Assembly (NCBI GenBank): GCA_965248265.1
Contig: CBDFJF010000002.1
Coordinates: 2,912,001 to 2,976,000 of the forward strand
Length of the DNA stretch: 64,000 bases
From: Candidatus Latescibacterota bacterium
GTDB lineage: Bacteria; Latescibacterota; UBA2968; UBA8231
Reading direction: 5' to 3'
A program made the translations under genes and the position numbers. Position 1 is the stretch's first letter. Each line of letters starts with the position of its first letter. Shown one piece after another: positions 1 through 10,013 of this stretch. The notes beneath the pieces are model-generated. The model saw only the letters and a list, made by a program, of their open reading frames with translations, did no database searches and had not been told where the DNA came from.

Positions 1-270
1 GGTGCGGAAGAGCCGGCCGATGACGATTTTTTTGTCGCCACCGTCGGAGACCGGCGGAAAGATGGCGATGCCGTCGAAGGCGGCCAGCTTTTCCATGCGC
101 TCGATGTCGCGCAGCAGCGTGCTGGGCCCCCGATGGCCTCCCCCCATCAGGATGATCTTCTTCGAGGGGTCGATTACCTGCGACAAATTGATTGACTGCG
201 CTCCGGCTTCCACGCCAGCCAGTACAGTTACGGAGCACAGTATTGTCAGTGCTGCTCGCCTCGTTTTCAT
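1..270 (-). CDS. Secreted hypothetical protein, 5' part (runs off the window edge)
   Basis: Manual translation: ATG at 270 with AGGAGA SD upstream; MKTRRAALTILCSVTVLAGVEAGAQ... resembles a signal peptide; frame open to base 1. Not in the ORF track. Confidence 0.75.
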   Translation of the reverse strand, partial: MKTRRAALTILCSVTVLAGVEAGAQSINLSQVIDPSKKIILMGGGHRGPSTLLRDIERMEKLAAFDGIAIFPPVSDGGDKKIVIGRLFRT

Positions 271-320
271 GGTCGATCTCCTATCTATCTACAACATCCT
301 CTGCGAGAGCGGACCTGGGT

Positions 321-1850
321 TCAGGCGTCGGCAAACTGAAAGCCGTAGAGGGCCGCGTTTTTCAGGTAGAACCTCAACTTCACCGGGCCCCGGATCTCGT
401 GGACCTCCTGCCTCGCGGACCAGCGCACGGGATGGTGGACGTTGTCTCCGGTGAACATCTCGCACTGATCTTTGGCGTAATCGGGCCAGACGTTGTTCCA
501 GTGGTCCATCACTTCGACCAGGATGTAGCCATCTGGATCACAACGTCCGTTGATGAACAGACGCTTGCCGGCTGAGAGCATCGGTTTGGTCTCGATCCAA
601 CCTTCCCGCACGGTGGCGTCCAGGGAGACGTAGCCGTCCAGCCTCAAGGTTGCCAGACACAGATGGTGGCCGTGCTTACCGATCTCCCAATCGTGTGCCT
701 CGGGCACGTCCGGCCGCAGGTCGGCCGACAGAATCCACCAGTCGTGGTGCACCTTCATGCCACCGTAGTAGAACCGGATCTCGTCGCCGACGACAAAGGG
801 TTGCACCGGGGTCTCGACGCCAAACTCATCGTAGCTGCCTTCGCCGCCTCGCGGTACGAACGGCTGATGATCGACGAAGCGCTTCCAGTCTTCCCCGTCA
901 CGGCTATGGAAGAGGTACATGTCCATGGTGTTATCGACGGCGTGCAGGACATTGAGCAGACCCAGGTGCATCTCTCCGGCGCGCCATGGGACAAAACCAT
1001 AGAGGCCATCGTCGAGGTTCCAGTCGCCTTTGGGATCCCACACCAGTTCGGCGTCGGCCCATGTGACGAGGTCCACGCTCTCGGTGCGATAGACGCGTCG
1101 GCGGGTGCCCCAGATGCCGACGGGCCGGGCCGGCCAAACCGGTGAGAACCAGGTGTCCATGTCGGGGTGGGCGCTGCCACCGGCGGCGCCACCCATGCGG
1201 CCCCAGAGCACGTATTTCCCGTCGATCTCGTCGTAGGTCAGGATACCGACGTCGCCCTGCCAGCTGGGGATGATGGGGTTGTCCGGATGCGGAACCCAAT
1301 CGATGCCGTCGGCGGAGAACTGCATGTCCAGGCCTCCGGGTGCGCCGCTGCGATCTCGATGGTCGTGATGCAGGTGACTCATCTTGAAGCGCCGGCTCGG
1401 GTCGGTTTCACTCGGATCGAGCAGAAACGAAGGGTTGTCAACCATGACGTCATCGGGAACGAAGATGGCGTTGGTGTCGTGACCGTCGAGGACGTGCTTA
1501 CCGAGGATCGGTTTTTCCCAGTTCAGTCCGTCATCCGACTGGGCGTAGAGCAGACGCTGCTTGCTGGGAAGGCCAACGTCGAAGTACTCGTAGAAGTCTT
1601 CATACCAACAGCGAAAGAGCGACGCCTCGGTATCGTGCTTGACATTGAACGTACTGGTCCGAAAGTAGGGAGTGACCTCCCAGGGTTTGTCGCGTTTGAT
1701 CAGCGGATTGGCCGGGTGCTTGACGGGAGTGTGCTGGCGGCGAGTGATGTTCTTGACGACGGCTACGACGTCGTCATCGATGAACAGTTGTCGCGTATCG
1801 CCGACGGCCTTGTAAACCTTTTCTTCCGTGTATGCGACGTTCATCGTCAC
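321..1850 (-). CDS. Five-bladed beta-propeller glycoside hydrolase-like protein (GH32/GH43/GH130 clan-like)
   Basis: RQLFIDD N-terminus, KHPANPLI, Asp-box-like SDDGLNW/SADGIDW/SRDGEDW, LRLDGYVSL and C-terminal LYGF motifs. Confidence 0.7.
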   Translation of the reverse strand: MTMNVAYTEEKVYKAVGDTRQLFIDDDVVAVVKNITRRQHTPVKHPANPLIKRDKPWEVTPYFRTSTFNVKHDTEASLFRCWYEDFYEYFDVGLPSKQRLLYAQSDDGLNWEKPILGKHVLDGHDTNAIFVPDDVMVDNPSFLLDPSETDPSRRFKMSHLHHDHRDRSGAPGGLDMQFSADGIDWVPHPDNPIIPSWQGDVGILTYDEIDGKYVLWGRMGGAAGGSAHPDMDTWFSPVWPARPVGIWGTRRRVYRTESVDLVTWADAELVWDPKGDWNLDDGLYGFVPWRAGEMHLGLLNVLHAVDNTMDMYLFHSRDGEDWKRFVDHQPFVPRGGEGSYDEFGVETPVQPFVVGDEIRFYYGGMKVHHDWWILSADLRPDVPEAHDWEIGKHGHHLCLATLRLDGYVSLDATVREGWIETKPMLSAGKRLFINGRCDPDGYILVEVMDHWNNVWPDYAKDQCEMFTGDNVHHPVRWSARQEVHEIRGPVKLRFYLKNAALYGFQFADA

Positions 1851-1873
1851 CTCTCCGGATGAAGACCAGGGGG

Positions 1874-3421
1874 TTAGAACTCGGCGGCAGGCACGAGACT
1901 GTCGCCGGCTGCCGTGGTCGCCTGAAACGCGAATGCCCAGCCCCCGTGGTTGGATCCCAGCCTGTTGCTGAGTTTGAGGACGATGGTGTTAACCCCTGCC
2001 TTCAATTGTGCCTGAACGGACTCGGTCCGGAAGGCGTGATGGGTGCCCATGTCGTCGCGCTCGCCGTTGAGGCTCAGCACCAGATGATCGTCCCAGGACA
2101 GTTTCAGGCTCGCTGAGGTTTCTGCCTCCACTTCAAGGACACATCGTGCAATCGCCACGCCGGGATGGGTCTTGCCCACGCCCCAGGCAAAGGGCCGGAA
2201 CACGTGGTTGAAGTCGACGAAGCCGTGAAGGGCAGGTCGCTTGATCCAGCGAGCTATGTCGCGACCAAGCTCACGTGAGCCCTCGGTCAGCCAGCCTGAA
2301 TCCTGCTCGTGTTTGCCGTCATAGGACTGCTCAGGTGAGAACTCGCTTTCGGGCGCAAGTGTCGACTCCATGGCGCAGTCGTTCTCGTTTCCAAACGGAC
2401 CACACAGCCACCACTCACCGCTGGTTGGCAGCGGCAGGTCACAGATACCCCGCAGCAGCTCTTCTCCGGGCAGCAACTGGGTCCACTCCGGCATGCGAAA
2501 GAACGGACGCACCGGCTGCTCCTGGTACCAGTACACGGTAGAGCAGATGTCATTGGACATGCTGCCGAAGCGCATGTGGATGGATTCCCGAAAGGGGATG
2601 GCATCGTGATCGAAGAAGCGGTAGCCGACCACTCGGTGAGCCACTCGCGCTTGAGTCACATCTTCGTGCACGTAGTAGGGCATGGCCGCGTAGTGGTGGG
2701 TCTCGGGAGGGTGGAGGGCGCCCCCGTAGCCCTCGCCGAAGGTGTCTTCACCGCCAATGCCCCGCAGGTAAGCCGGGTGCTCGCCTTCACCGTCGAGGTA
2801 GATGTTGTCGGCGCCACCGTGGCTCCAGCGGTCGGCGTCGTCCAGCAGGCGCACGCCGTAGATGAACCCGAGCAGCTGTCCAGGTCCGTCCGCATCTAGC
2901 ATCAGGAAGTCTTCGCCGTAACGCTGCGTCGGCATTTCCCGCCGCCAGCGCGCACAGAATCGGCGAGGCTCACTCATCACCTGCTCGGGATAGCGATCCC
3001 AGTCGACCTCCAGGATGACGAAGTTCTGCTCGTCGGAGCTTTCGAATTCGATGCGCGCGCTTTGCGCGAAGGGCATGGGGAAATAGCAGTTGTAGCCGTT
3101 CCACGCCTTGATGGACAGGTAGTGGTTGTCGATGGGGTACCAGTCCTGGCCGTGCATGACGCCGAAGAAGTCTCCGACTGGCGACTCCACGTACGGCACA
3201 GGGTTGTCATCGAAGTAGATGCGGATGACGACCTTGCGGCTCTTGGCGTAGCGATCCTTCGGTGTGTGCGGAGCGTTCGGTTGTCCGCCTGACACCACCA
3301 GGAGGTGGCGAATACAGCCCGGCCCATCCAGCTGCGCGCCCGTGAATGTCTCACCGGGTTGCAGGTTGATGTTGATGCTGACGCGGTCCGGTACCGCGAC
3401 CTGAGGAAGCTGCAGCTGCAT
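1874..3421 (-). CDS. DUF2961 / GH172 family glycoside hydrolase with C-terminal beta-sandwich domain
   Basis: GPGCIRH, IRIYFDD..P.VESPVGDFFG, NCYFPMPF, GGEDTFG, YRF..DAIPF, STVYWYQ motifs. Confidence 0.8.
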   Translation of the reverse strand: MQLQLPQVAVPDRVSININLQPGETFTGAQLDGPGCIRHLLVVSGGQPNAPHTPKDRYAKSRKVVIRIYFDDNPVPYVESPVGDFFGVMHGQDWYPIDNHYLSIKAWNGYNCYFPMPFAQSARIEFESSDEQNFVILEVDWDRYPEQVMSEPRRFCARWRREMPTQRYGEDFLMLDADGPGQLLGFIYGVRLLDDADRWSHGGADNIYLDGEGEHPAYLRGIGGEDTFGEGYGGALHPPETHHYAAMPYYVHEDVTQARVAHRVVGYRFFDHDAIPFRESIHMRFGSMSNDICSTVYWYQEQPVRPFFRMPEWTQLLPGEELLRGICDLPLPTSGEWWLCGPFGNENDCAMESTLAPESEFSPEQSYDGKHEQDSGWLTEGSRELGRDIARWIKRPALHGFVDFNHVFRPFAWGVGKTHPGVAIARCVLEVEAETSASLKLSWDDHLVLSLNGERDDMGTHHAFRTESVQAQLKAGVNTIVLKLSNRLGSNHGGWAFAFQATTAAGDSLVPAAEF

Positions 3422-3438
3422 CTGGTAGGCTAAGCCAC

Positions 3439-4539
3439 TTATCCGACAGCCCCTCCCATTTCCTTGGCGGCCGATGCCTTGATCTGCTCCGTGTACTGCT
3501 CCGGGCTCATGACTTCCTTCTTGTTGAGGAAGCGGCTTGGGGCTGGGAAGATCTTGAGACTGCGGTCGGCGATCGGGAAGTCGACCTTGGTGATGCCGTT
3601 GCGGTGTGATTCGCGCAGACCGATGGCGATTTCCAACACCCTGCGCATGTTGGCGCCGCTGCAGCGTGGCTCGATGCCCTGGTCCAGGGACTCGACGATG
3701 GACTGGATGCCGCCGCGCTGGCGGGTGCCGCTGGGCATGATCCAGTCATTGCGGTCGCCGAATTCGTCGAAGAAGTCCTCCTCGAGCTCCGCGTGCGCCT
3801 TACCGCGCCACAGGTGTCCGGTGGACCAGTTGGTGTGGTAGACGCCCTCGCTGCAGATGACCTCGATGCCTGCCAGGGCGCCGCGTTGACCGTGGATGTA
3901 GGCTTCGATGCCGTTCTTGAAGCGGATGTGGCCGGCCATGTTCTGATCGTCGTCGCTGCTGGGATCGTCGCCGCACCAGCCGACTACCCAGTCAACATCG
4001 GCGTCGTCGGCGAACAGTCGCAGGACACTCAGACCCTGACAACCGCCGCCCGAGATTTCGTTCGTCGACTGGTATAGGTTGATACTCTGGACTTCACCGA
4101 GCTCGCCCGAGTCGATGAGGCGCTTGACCTTCCAATGCTGGGGCATGTTGCGGTAGGCGTCGCCGGAGGCCAGGTGGATGCGGCGGGAGGCGCACTCTTC
4201 GACCATGTTGTCCGATTCTTCCAGGCTGAGGGCCATTGGTTTTTCACAATAGATGGCCTTTACTCCGGGCGTCCTGGCGCAGTCGATGACGACCTGGGCA
4301 TTCGGTTTTACCGGCAGGATAGGGGCGAGGATGTCGAGCTCTTCCTTCTCCAGCATTTCTTTGTAGTCAGCATAGCCGGTCACTGGAAAACGCCCGAGGA
4401 AGATCTCGAGATTGGAGGCGTCCGAATCAGCGCCCGCGACGATCTCGGTGCGAGGATTTCCTTCATACCCCCGGGCATGCCCGTGGCCTTTGCGACCGAC
4501 GCCGATCATGCCGACGCGGTAGGTCTTGTCAGCTGCCAT
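3439..4539 (-). CDS. Gfo/Idh/MocA family oxidoreductase
   Basis: GVGRKG Rossmann motif, CEKPMA motif. Confidence 0.85.
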   Translation of the reverse strand: MAADKTYRVGMIGVGRKGHGHARGYEGNPRTEIVAGADSDASNLEIFLGRFPVTGYADYKEMLEKEELDILAPILPVKPNAQVVIDCARTPGVKAIYCEKPMALSLEESDNMVEECASRRIHLASGDAYRNMPQHWKVKRLIDSGELGEVQSINLYQSTNEISGGGCQGLSVLRLFADDADVDWVVGWCGDDPSSDDDQNMAGHIRFKNGIEAYIHGQRGALAGIEVICSEGVYHTNWSTGHLWRGKAHAELEEDFFDEFGDRNDWIMPSGTRQRGGIQSIVESLDQGIEPRCSGANMRRVLEIAIGLRESHRNGITKVDFPIADRSLKIFPAPSRFLNKKEVMSPEQYTEQIKASAAKEMGGAVG

Positions 4540-4725
4540 GTACCGTTAGCTCCTGGTGTGCTTTCGGCTCTTGTAGTTACTCACATTTTCTGTCTGATAC
4601 AATAGGCCGGGACTCAGGTGATTGCCAATCCGGCGGCGTCTCGAATTGCACTGAGATCATTGGAGCGTACGAAAAGTGCCACACGGACATGAACGCTGCC
4701 CGGACTCATCAGCCAGCGGTCTGTG

Positions 4726-5784
4726 CTACGGAGGGCCCAGACGGTAGAAGGAGTCGTCCGGTGTGCCCTTGAAGCAGCCGAGGACCCAGGGATAGGTGTT
4801 GATGACGACGTAGCCGTACTGGCCGTCGACGACCATGCCGTTGCATTCATCCAGGTCACCCGCGCCCTCGGAGTATTCGTAATCCCCGCGGAACTGGCCA
4901 TCGTAGTTAGAGCTGGCAACCGATCCACGTCCGCCTTCGGGGGTGGTGTAACCGGCCACATCCTGTCTGGGTCCGCCATCGTCCTTGAGGATGTAACTGG
5001 AGACGGCACGACGGACGGTACCGCCGTCGTCGATGCAGGAACCGAAGATGGGGAAGCCGTCTCCGGCGAATCCGACGACGGGTGATGCGGTCGTGGCACT
5101 GGCGCAGTCACTGGAGAACATGGCCATGGGGTCGCCATGGTAGTGATACGTTCCATCCGGTTGCGTGTGGGCATTGTTGCGATCAGTGCCGAACTCGTTC
5201 AGCGGTGACATCGGATCATAACGCCAGGGGTTGTCGTTCTGGTCGGGCCCGCAACCGATCTTCTCCCTGCCCAGCGGTTCGTTCCCGACGTCGTAGCAGG
5301 CGGCCGCCAGCAGATCGAGCTTGACGCCGTTGAGGAAGATGGCGTCGTCGCCGAGGACGAGCTCGGTTGCAGCGCCGGCGATGGCCGGCGTCGCCGTCAT
5401 CTCGTAGGTGACATCCTGGGCGGATACGACCGTCGCAAAGCTGCCGCCGTCATTGAAGTCGTGGTTCGGGATGGCATTGGTTTCGAACACGCAGGTGGTG
5501 CCGAACAGCGTGATCGTCAGGTCGCCGGCAAACGAGGTTCCGCGCTGCACATCCATCACATCCGACACGTAGATCGCCGCGTAATCGGCGCAGCTGCCCT
5601 CGCGTCTGGTAAAAATGGCATCCGTAATGTCGTTGTCGGCGACATCCGGCTGTTCGCCATCATCATCGTTGTCCGGTTGCTCATCGTCGACAACCGGTTG
5701 GTTCGTCGGGGCCGAAGAGCTATCGCTGCCGCAGTCGGTGATCGCGATAAGGAGCAGACAGATTGGAAGCAAGATTATTCTCAT
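4726..5784 (-). CDS. YHYH domain protein, probable lipoprotein
   Basis: GTYHYHG, GFAGDGFPIFG, GDLDECNG, YPWVLGCFKG; hydrophobic N-terminus followed by Cys. Confidence 0.85.
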   Translation of the reverse strand: MRIILLPICLLLIAITDCGSDSSSAPTNQPVVDDEQPDNDDDGEQPDVADNDITDAIFTRREGSCADYAAIYVSDVMDVQRGTSFAGDLTITLFGTTCVFETNAIPNHDFNDGGSFATVVSAQDVTYEMTATPAIAGAATELVLGDDAIFLNGVKLDLLAAACYDVGNEPLGREKIGCGPDQNDNPWRYDPMSPLNEFGTDRNNAHTQPDGTYHYHGDPMAMFSSDCASATTASPVVGFAGDGFPIFGSCIDDGGTVRRAVSSYILKDDGGPRQDVAGYTTPEGGRGSVASSNYDGQFRGDYEYSEGAGDLDECNGMVVDGQYGYVVINTYPWVLGCFKGTPDDSFYRLGPP

Positions 5785-6947
5785 TCCGCAAGACGTTCGT
5801 CTTCAGCGATCATCCAGTCATTGTATGGGCGAGGGAAGGTAGGGGGATCGCCAAGGCCGTGCTCGCGCCGCCAGCGCAGCAGTGGATGGTTGCGATCCTG
5901 CTGCGGTAGAGACACTTGGTGGCCGTAAGCGATGGATTCGAACAATCCCATCATGATCTCAATCACGTGGAGTCCCGCCCCACCGCTGCACTCGTGATCG
6001 CGGCCCTCGTCCAGAGCGGTGACGTAGTCCTCGACGTACCAGTATTCCTCTACGTTATGACCGGAGTCCGGATCGAAGCCCTCGGGGAAGACGGATTCCA
6101 GGTGTTGCCACTCCTCCAAACCGGGCATGTAGTGCGGCGTCGGCACGTACATGGCGTTCGGTTTCTCGGAGCGATACAACAGGCTGGCTATCAGCAGGCG
6201 GCCCTCGTTGCCGCACAACTCCAGCATCGGGGGAACCCGAGTGGGATAGCGGTGATGCAGTAGGGTGCCGGTCACGCCGTTGTCGAACTCGAGCCATCCA
6301 GTAAGACGCTCACCCGTTATCGTGCCCATGCCCTGTGGTGATTGCACCACATCATCAGGAGTGACCGGACCTCCTCCCGTCATCGCGGTCCCGGAGATGG
6401 CGCAGCAGTTCCCGGCAAATTTCAACATCATGTTGATCATGTGGGTGCCGATGTTCATCAGGTCGTAGCCACCATAGTAGCCTTTGCCGTAGCCGTGGAT
6501 GTGCTGAAGCTCGCCGATGCGGCCGGCTTCGAGGGCGCCGGCGATGGCCCTGACGACCGCCCCTGTTCGGCCCTGATGATGAACGGCGATGCGTACGCCT
6601 TTCTCCGCTGCCTTGGCGACGACCTCGTCAGCTTGGACCAGGTCGACGCATAATGGCTTCTCGATATCAATGTGGACGCCGTGCTCGAGTACCCGCATGG
6701 CAAGGTCATAGTGGAACTCAGTCCCGGTTGGGATGGCGACGATGTCCGGCTCTGTCTCACGAATCATGGCATCCAGATCGTCGTAGCGGGCGTCGACACC
6801 CAGTTTATCACCAAGGGTATTCAGCAGCTCGGGAACCAGGTCGCAGAGTCCGACTACCTCTGTCCGCGGATGGGCGTGGTAACCTCCCGCCGCGGACGTG
6901 CCGCGGCCACGACATCCCAGAATGGCTACTCGATATGTCTTGGTCAT
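5781..6947 (-). CDS. Gfo/Idh/MocA family oxidoreductase
   Basis: Likely start MTKTYRVAILGCRGRG at 6947 (ORF track over-extends to 7382); IEKPL motif. Confidence 0.85.
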   Translation of the reverse strand: MTKTYRVAILGCRGRGTSAAGGYHAHPRTEVVGLCDLVPELLNTLGDKLGVDARYDDLDAMIRETEPDIVAIPTGTEFHYDLAMRVLEHGVHIDIEKPLCVDLVQADEVVAKAAEKGVRIAVHHQGRTGAVVRAIAGALEAGRIGELQHIHGYGKGYYGGYDLMNIGTHMINMMLKFAGNCCAISGTAMTGGGPVTPDDVVQSPQGMGTITGERLTGWLEFDNGVTGTLLHHRYPTRVPPMLELCGNEGRLLIASLLYRSEKPNAMYVPTPHYMPGLEEWQHLESVFPEGFDPDSGHNVEEYWYVEDYVTALDEGRDHECSGGAGLHVIEIMMGLFESIAYGHQVSLPQQDRNHPLLRWRREHGLGDPPTFPRPYNDWMIAEDERLAE

Positions 6948-6949
6948 TA

Positions 6950-7807
6950 TCAGTCGATCTCCGGATAGTTGAGAGGGTGGCCGCTGATGCCGATCTCGTA
7001 TCGGGTGAGGTGCCAGCGGCCGATGTTGGCACTCAGGAGCACGTCCAGATCGGGGCCACAGAACGCGATGTTGGTGGGGGCGGCGATCAAGGTGCCCTCG
7101 AAGTCTTCGGCGAGAACGTCGATCTTGCCTGCAGGCGTTCTTCGATAGATGATGTCCGGCCGATACATGGAGACGTAGAGATTGTGGTCGCTGTCGAAGG
7201 CGACCCCGTCGGGCACGGTCCGCGGGAACTCTTCGACGGTCTCGAGTGCTCCGGCCGTGCCATCGGCGTTGATTTGGATGCGGTCGACGCGGGGCGGGTT
7301 GACGCTCATGGCGACGTAGAGGGCGTCGCCTTCCGGGCCAAAGCAGAGCCCATTGGGGAACTCCTTTGGCCTGCGGTCCCAAACTTCGGTCGCGCCGCCC
7401 GGCTTGATCTTGTAGATCATGCCGTCATCGTCATGCCAACCCCCGGAAGCACAGACATAGAGGTTGCCACCGGCGTCGAACCCGGGGTAGTTCGGGCACT
7501 TGAAAGGTGCGTCGGCGGTGCCCCTGGAATAAACGGAGACTTCACCGTCGTGAGTAATCTTCATCACTCTGCCATTCTTGGCGTCACAGGCGTAGATGTT
7601 GTGGTCCGCATCAAGGGCAATACCCAGCAGGAACCCACCGGCGTCGGCGATTTTCGCTGAGGTTTTGGCTTCGATGTCGATCCTGTACACCTGCCCGGCC
7701 TCGCCGCCGGCATAGGCAAAGCCATCTCGGCCCCAGGCGATTCCCTCGGGGTGATCGAGCCCTTCTACCAGAACGGATATCTGCGTCTTATTGTCGAGGA
7801 GTGCCAT
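6950..7807 (-). CDS. SMP-30/gluconolactonase/LRE family protein
   Basis: PEGIAW, PNG, PDGVAFD, PTNIAFCG motifs. Confidence 0.85.
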   Translation of the reverse strand: MALLDNKTQISVLVEGLDHPEGIAWGRDGFAYAGGEAGQVYRIDIEAKTSAKIADAGGFLLGIALDADHNIYACDAKNGRVMKITHDGEVSVYSRGTADAPFKCPNYPGFDAGGNLYVCASGGWHDDDGMIYKIKPGGATEVWDRRPKEFPNGLCFGPEGDALYVAMSVNPPRVDRIQINADGTAGALETVEEFPRTVPDGVAFDSDHNLYVSMYRPDIIYRRTPAGKIDVLAEDFEGTLIAAPTNIAFCGPDLDVLLSANIGRWHLTRYEIGISGHPLNYPEID

Positions 7808-7813
7808 CGGCTC

Positions 7814-8584
7814 CTAGTCCTCCTCTAGCATGAATCCATTGTTGAGGAAAGCCCCATCGATCGGGATCGCTATACCGTTGATCTGCCTGGCCTTATCGCT
7901 GCACAGGAAGAGCACCAGGTCGGCGACCTCTTGCGGGTGCACTTCGCGGCCGGAGGGTGTCCTGTTCAGCCGTGAGGTCCGCAGGTCGGGGTCCCGCTGG
8001 TAGATCGCCTTCGTCGCTGGCGTCAAGACCACACCGGGGCAAATCGCGTTCACGTTGATATTATATCGAGCCCATTCCAGTGATAACACGCCGGCTAGTC
8101 CGACCAATCCCGCTTTGGCCGGGGTGTACGCTCCGCGCTCTGGCATCGGCGCTTTGGCTGCCACCGAGGAGATGAACACGACTCTGCCGCCCGAGCCCTG
8201 TTCAACCAGGTAGCGGCCGATGGTCTTACTGAACAGGAATGCCCCGGTCAGGTGGGTGTCGAGGGTCTTGCTCCAATCCTGGGCGGACAGCTCGAGCACG
8301 GGTGCCTTGATGATGATACCGGCGCAGTGCACGAGGAAGTCGACGCGTCCGAAGTGCTCAATCGTGCGCTCGACTGCCCAGATGACGGATTGCTCTGAGG
8401 TGATTTCGACTTCGACAGCAAATGCATTACTGCCAGTCGTCGTGATTTCGTCGGCTAGTTTGCTGGCTCGCGTTCCATCCATGTCGGCGATGGCCACGCC
8501 GACCCCCTCTTTCGAGAACGCCCGACAAACGGCTGAGCCGATACCACCAGCGCCGCCGGTGACGACGGCCACTCTGTCCTTCAC
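7814..8584 (-). CDS. SDR family NAD(P)-dependent oxidoreductase
   Basis: TGGAGGIG, YTPAK (YxxxK), NAICPG. Confidence 0.9.
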   Translation of the reverse strand: MKDRVAVVTGGAGGIGSAVCRAFSKEGVGVAIADMDGTRASKLADEITTTGSNAFAVEVEITSEQSVIWAVERTIEHFGRVDFLVHCAGIIIKAPVLELSAQDWSKTLDTHLTGAFLFSKTIGRYLVEQGSGGRVVFISSVAAKAPMPERGAYTPAKAGLVGLAGVLSLEWARYNINVNAICPGVVLTPATKAIYQRDPDLRTSRLNRTPSGREVHPQEVADLVLFLCSDKARQINGIAIPIDGAFLNNGFMLEED

Positions 8585-8747
8585 TACACACCTCTCTCGG
8601 TATAAGTGAAGGGGAGAATATCGGACGTGAGTGATTCCGCCGCGAACGAACGCAATCGGTGGAATATTCCTGGCGCGGGCGAGGCAGCGGAAAGATCTCT
8701 TCGACAGGGTCGAGATTCAGCGGAAGGTTGGTCTGTTGGGGCTCGAT

Positions 8748-10013
8748 CTATTTGGAAACGAGGTAGACCGTGCGTGTTTCGGACACAACCTGTTGGTCAA
8801 CCATGGTTGGGAAGGACTGCTGCAGTGCCGCGAGGAAATTCTCCCGGCAGTAGTCTTCGCGCTCGACGTGGTTGTTGTAATTGATGTGACCGAAATTCTG
8901 GATGGCCGTGTCGTTCGGATCAATCCACTCGATGATGAGGGTTTCGCGGGTGAGCTCGCTGAGGTGGCTCATGCAATTCTCGAAACGGCCATAGAAGGTC
9001 GTGCACGAGAAGATCCAGTGAATGAGTGCCAGGCATATGGTGATGTCGCTGGTCGTGGAGAAGTCCTGCACGTTGGAGTTGATGGGTTCAATGCGATCGA
9101 AGCCGAACTTCGCTTTCACGCGTTCGACCTGCGCCAGGTGGTCTGCATCCATGTCGACGGAGTACACCTTCTCGGCTCCAGCGAACATGGCAGCGAAGCT
9201 GAAGAAACCGTTGGCACAGCCCAGGTCGTTGACTGTCTTTCCCTGGATGTTGGCGGGTTGGAAGTAGGACAGCAGTGCCTGGCTCTTCGGCGAGGTGAAG
9301 TTGCCGCCTAGAGGATTCAGGCTGTGGGCATCGATCTCGTAACACTGATAGCCCTCCACCACCGCCTGGTCATCGCTTTCCGAATACTCCAGCTTGCCGG
9401 CGAACATGTTTGGTGTGTGGCAGAACTGCATGGGCTCTGCGTCGATTGCAGGCTCCGTCGTTCCGAGCTGGGACAGCCCGCCGGCATCCACGTATTCTCC
9501 ATTCTCGAGCACGCAACAGACTGATCGCATGATGGCGAATGAATCGTTGAGGCTGCTGCGACGCTTGAGAGCAAACTCCTCGCCCAGTGCCGCTGGCCAG
9601 TGCGCCGGATGAGGAGCACCGTACTGAGTGGCCCAGGCGAAGTCGCAAAGACTCAGCCTGCCATTCAGTACCAGCAGCTCGCTGGGTTTGATATCATTAT
9701 GGGCGCAATCGAAAGCCCGCAGACTCAGGATGATCGTCCGAATCTGTATATCCCAATCAGCAGGGAGGTTGTCGCGCGTTAAGCGCTCGCCCGCGTAGGC
9801 CGTGACAATGGTTTTGGTCTCATTGTCGACCTGAATCAGGTTGGGCACGAACGGCACATCGGCCAGTTGCTGTAGCCAGTAGACCTCACGTTCGAACACT
9901 CCGTAATCCAGCCACTCCGTGACTCTCTTCATGACGATGCCGGCATCGCGATCGATGGCGATATCGGAGTACTTGCATTGGATGAAGGGTTGGCCTTGCA
10001 GCATTGAAGTCAT
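8748..10013 (-). CDS. Protein-kinase-like domain fused to class I SAM-dependent methyltransferase
   Basis: VMK...EREV, HNDIKPSE, CDFAWA in the N-terminal half; DLGCANGFFS and CLALIHW in the C-terminal half. Confidence 0.7.
   Translation of the reverse strand: MTSMLQGQPFIQCKYSDIAIDRDAGIVMKRVTEWLDYGVFEREVYWLQQLADVPFVPNLIQVDNETKTIVTAYAGERLTRDNLPADWDIQIRTIILSLRAFDCAHNDIKPSELLVLNGRLSLCDFAWATQYGAPHPAHWPAALGEEFALKRRSSLNDSFAIMRSVCCVLENGEYVDAGGLSQLGTTEPAIDAEPMQFCHTPNMFAGKLEYSESDDQAVVEGYQCYEIDAHSLNPLGGNFTSPKSQALLSYFQPANIQGKTVNDLGCANGFFSFAAMFAGAEKVYSVDMDADHLAQVERVKAKFGFDRIEPINSNVQDFSTTSDITICLALIHWIFSCTTFYGRFENCMSHLSELTRETLIIEWIDPNDTAIQNFGHINYNNHVEREDYCRENFLAALQQSFPTMVDQQVVSETRTVYLVSK

Noticed and set aside
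6948-7382. N-terminal extension of the Gfo ORF, and the many alternative-frame or antisense ORFs in the track
   Set aside because: Shadow ORFs expected in high-GC DNA, overlapping genes with clear motifs
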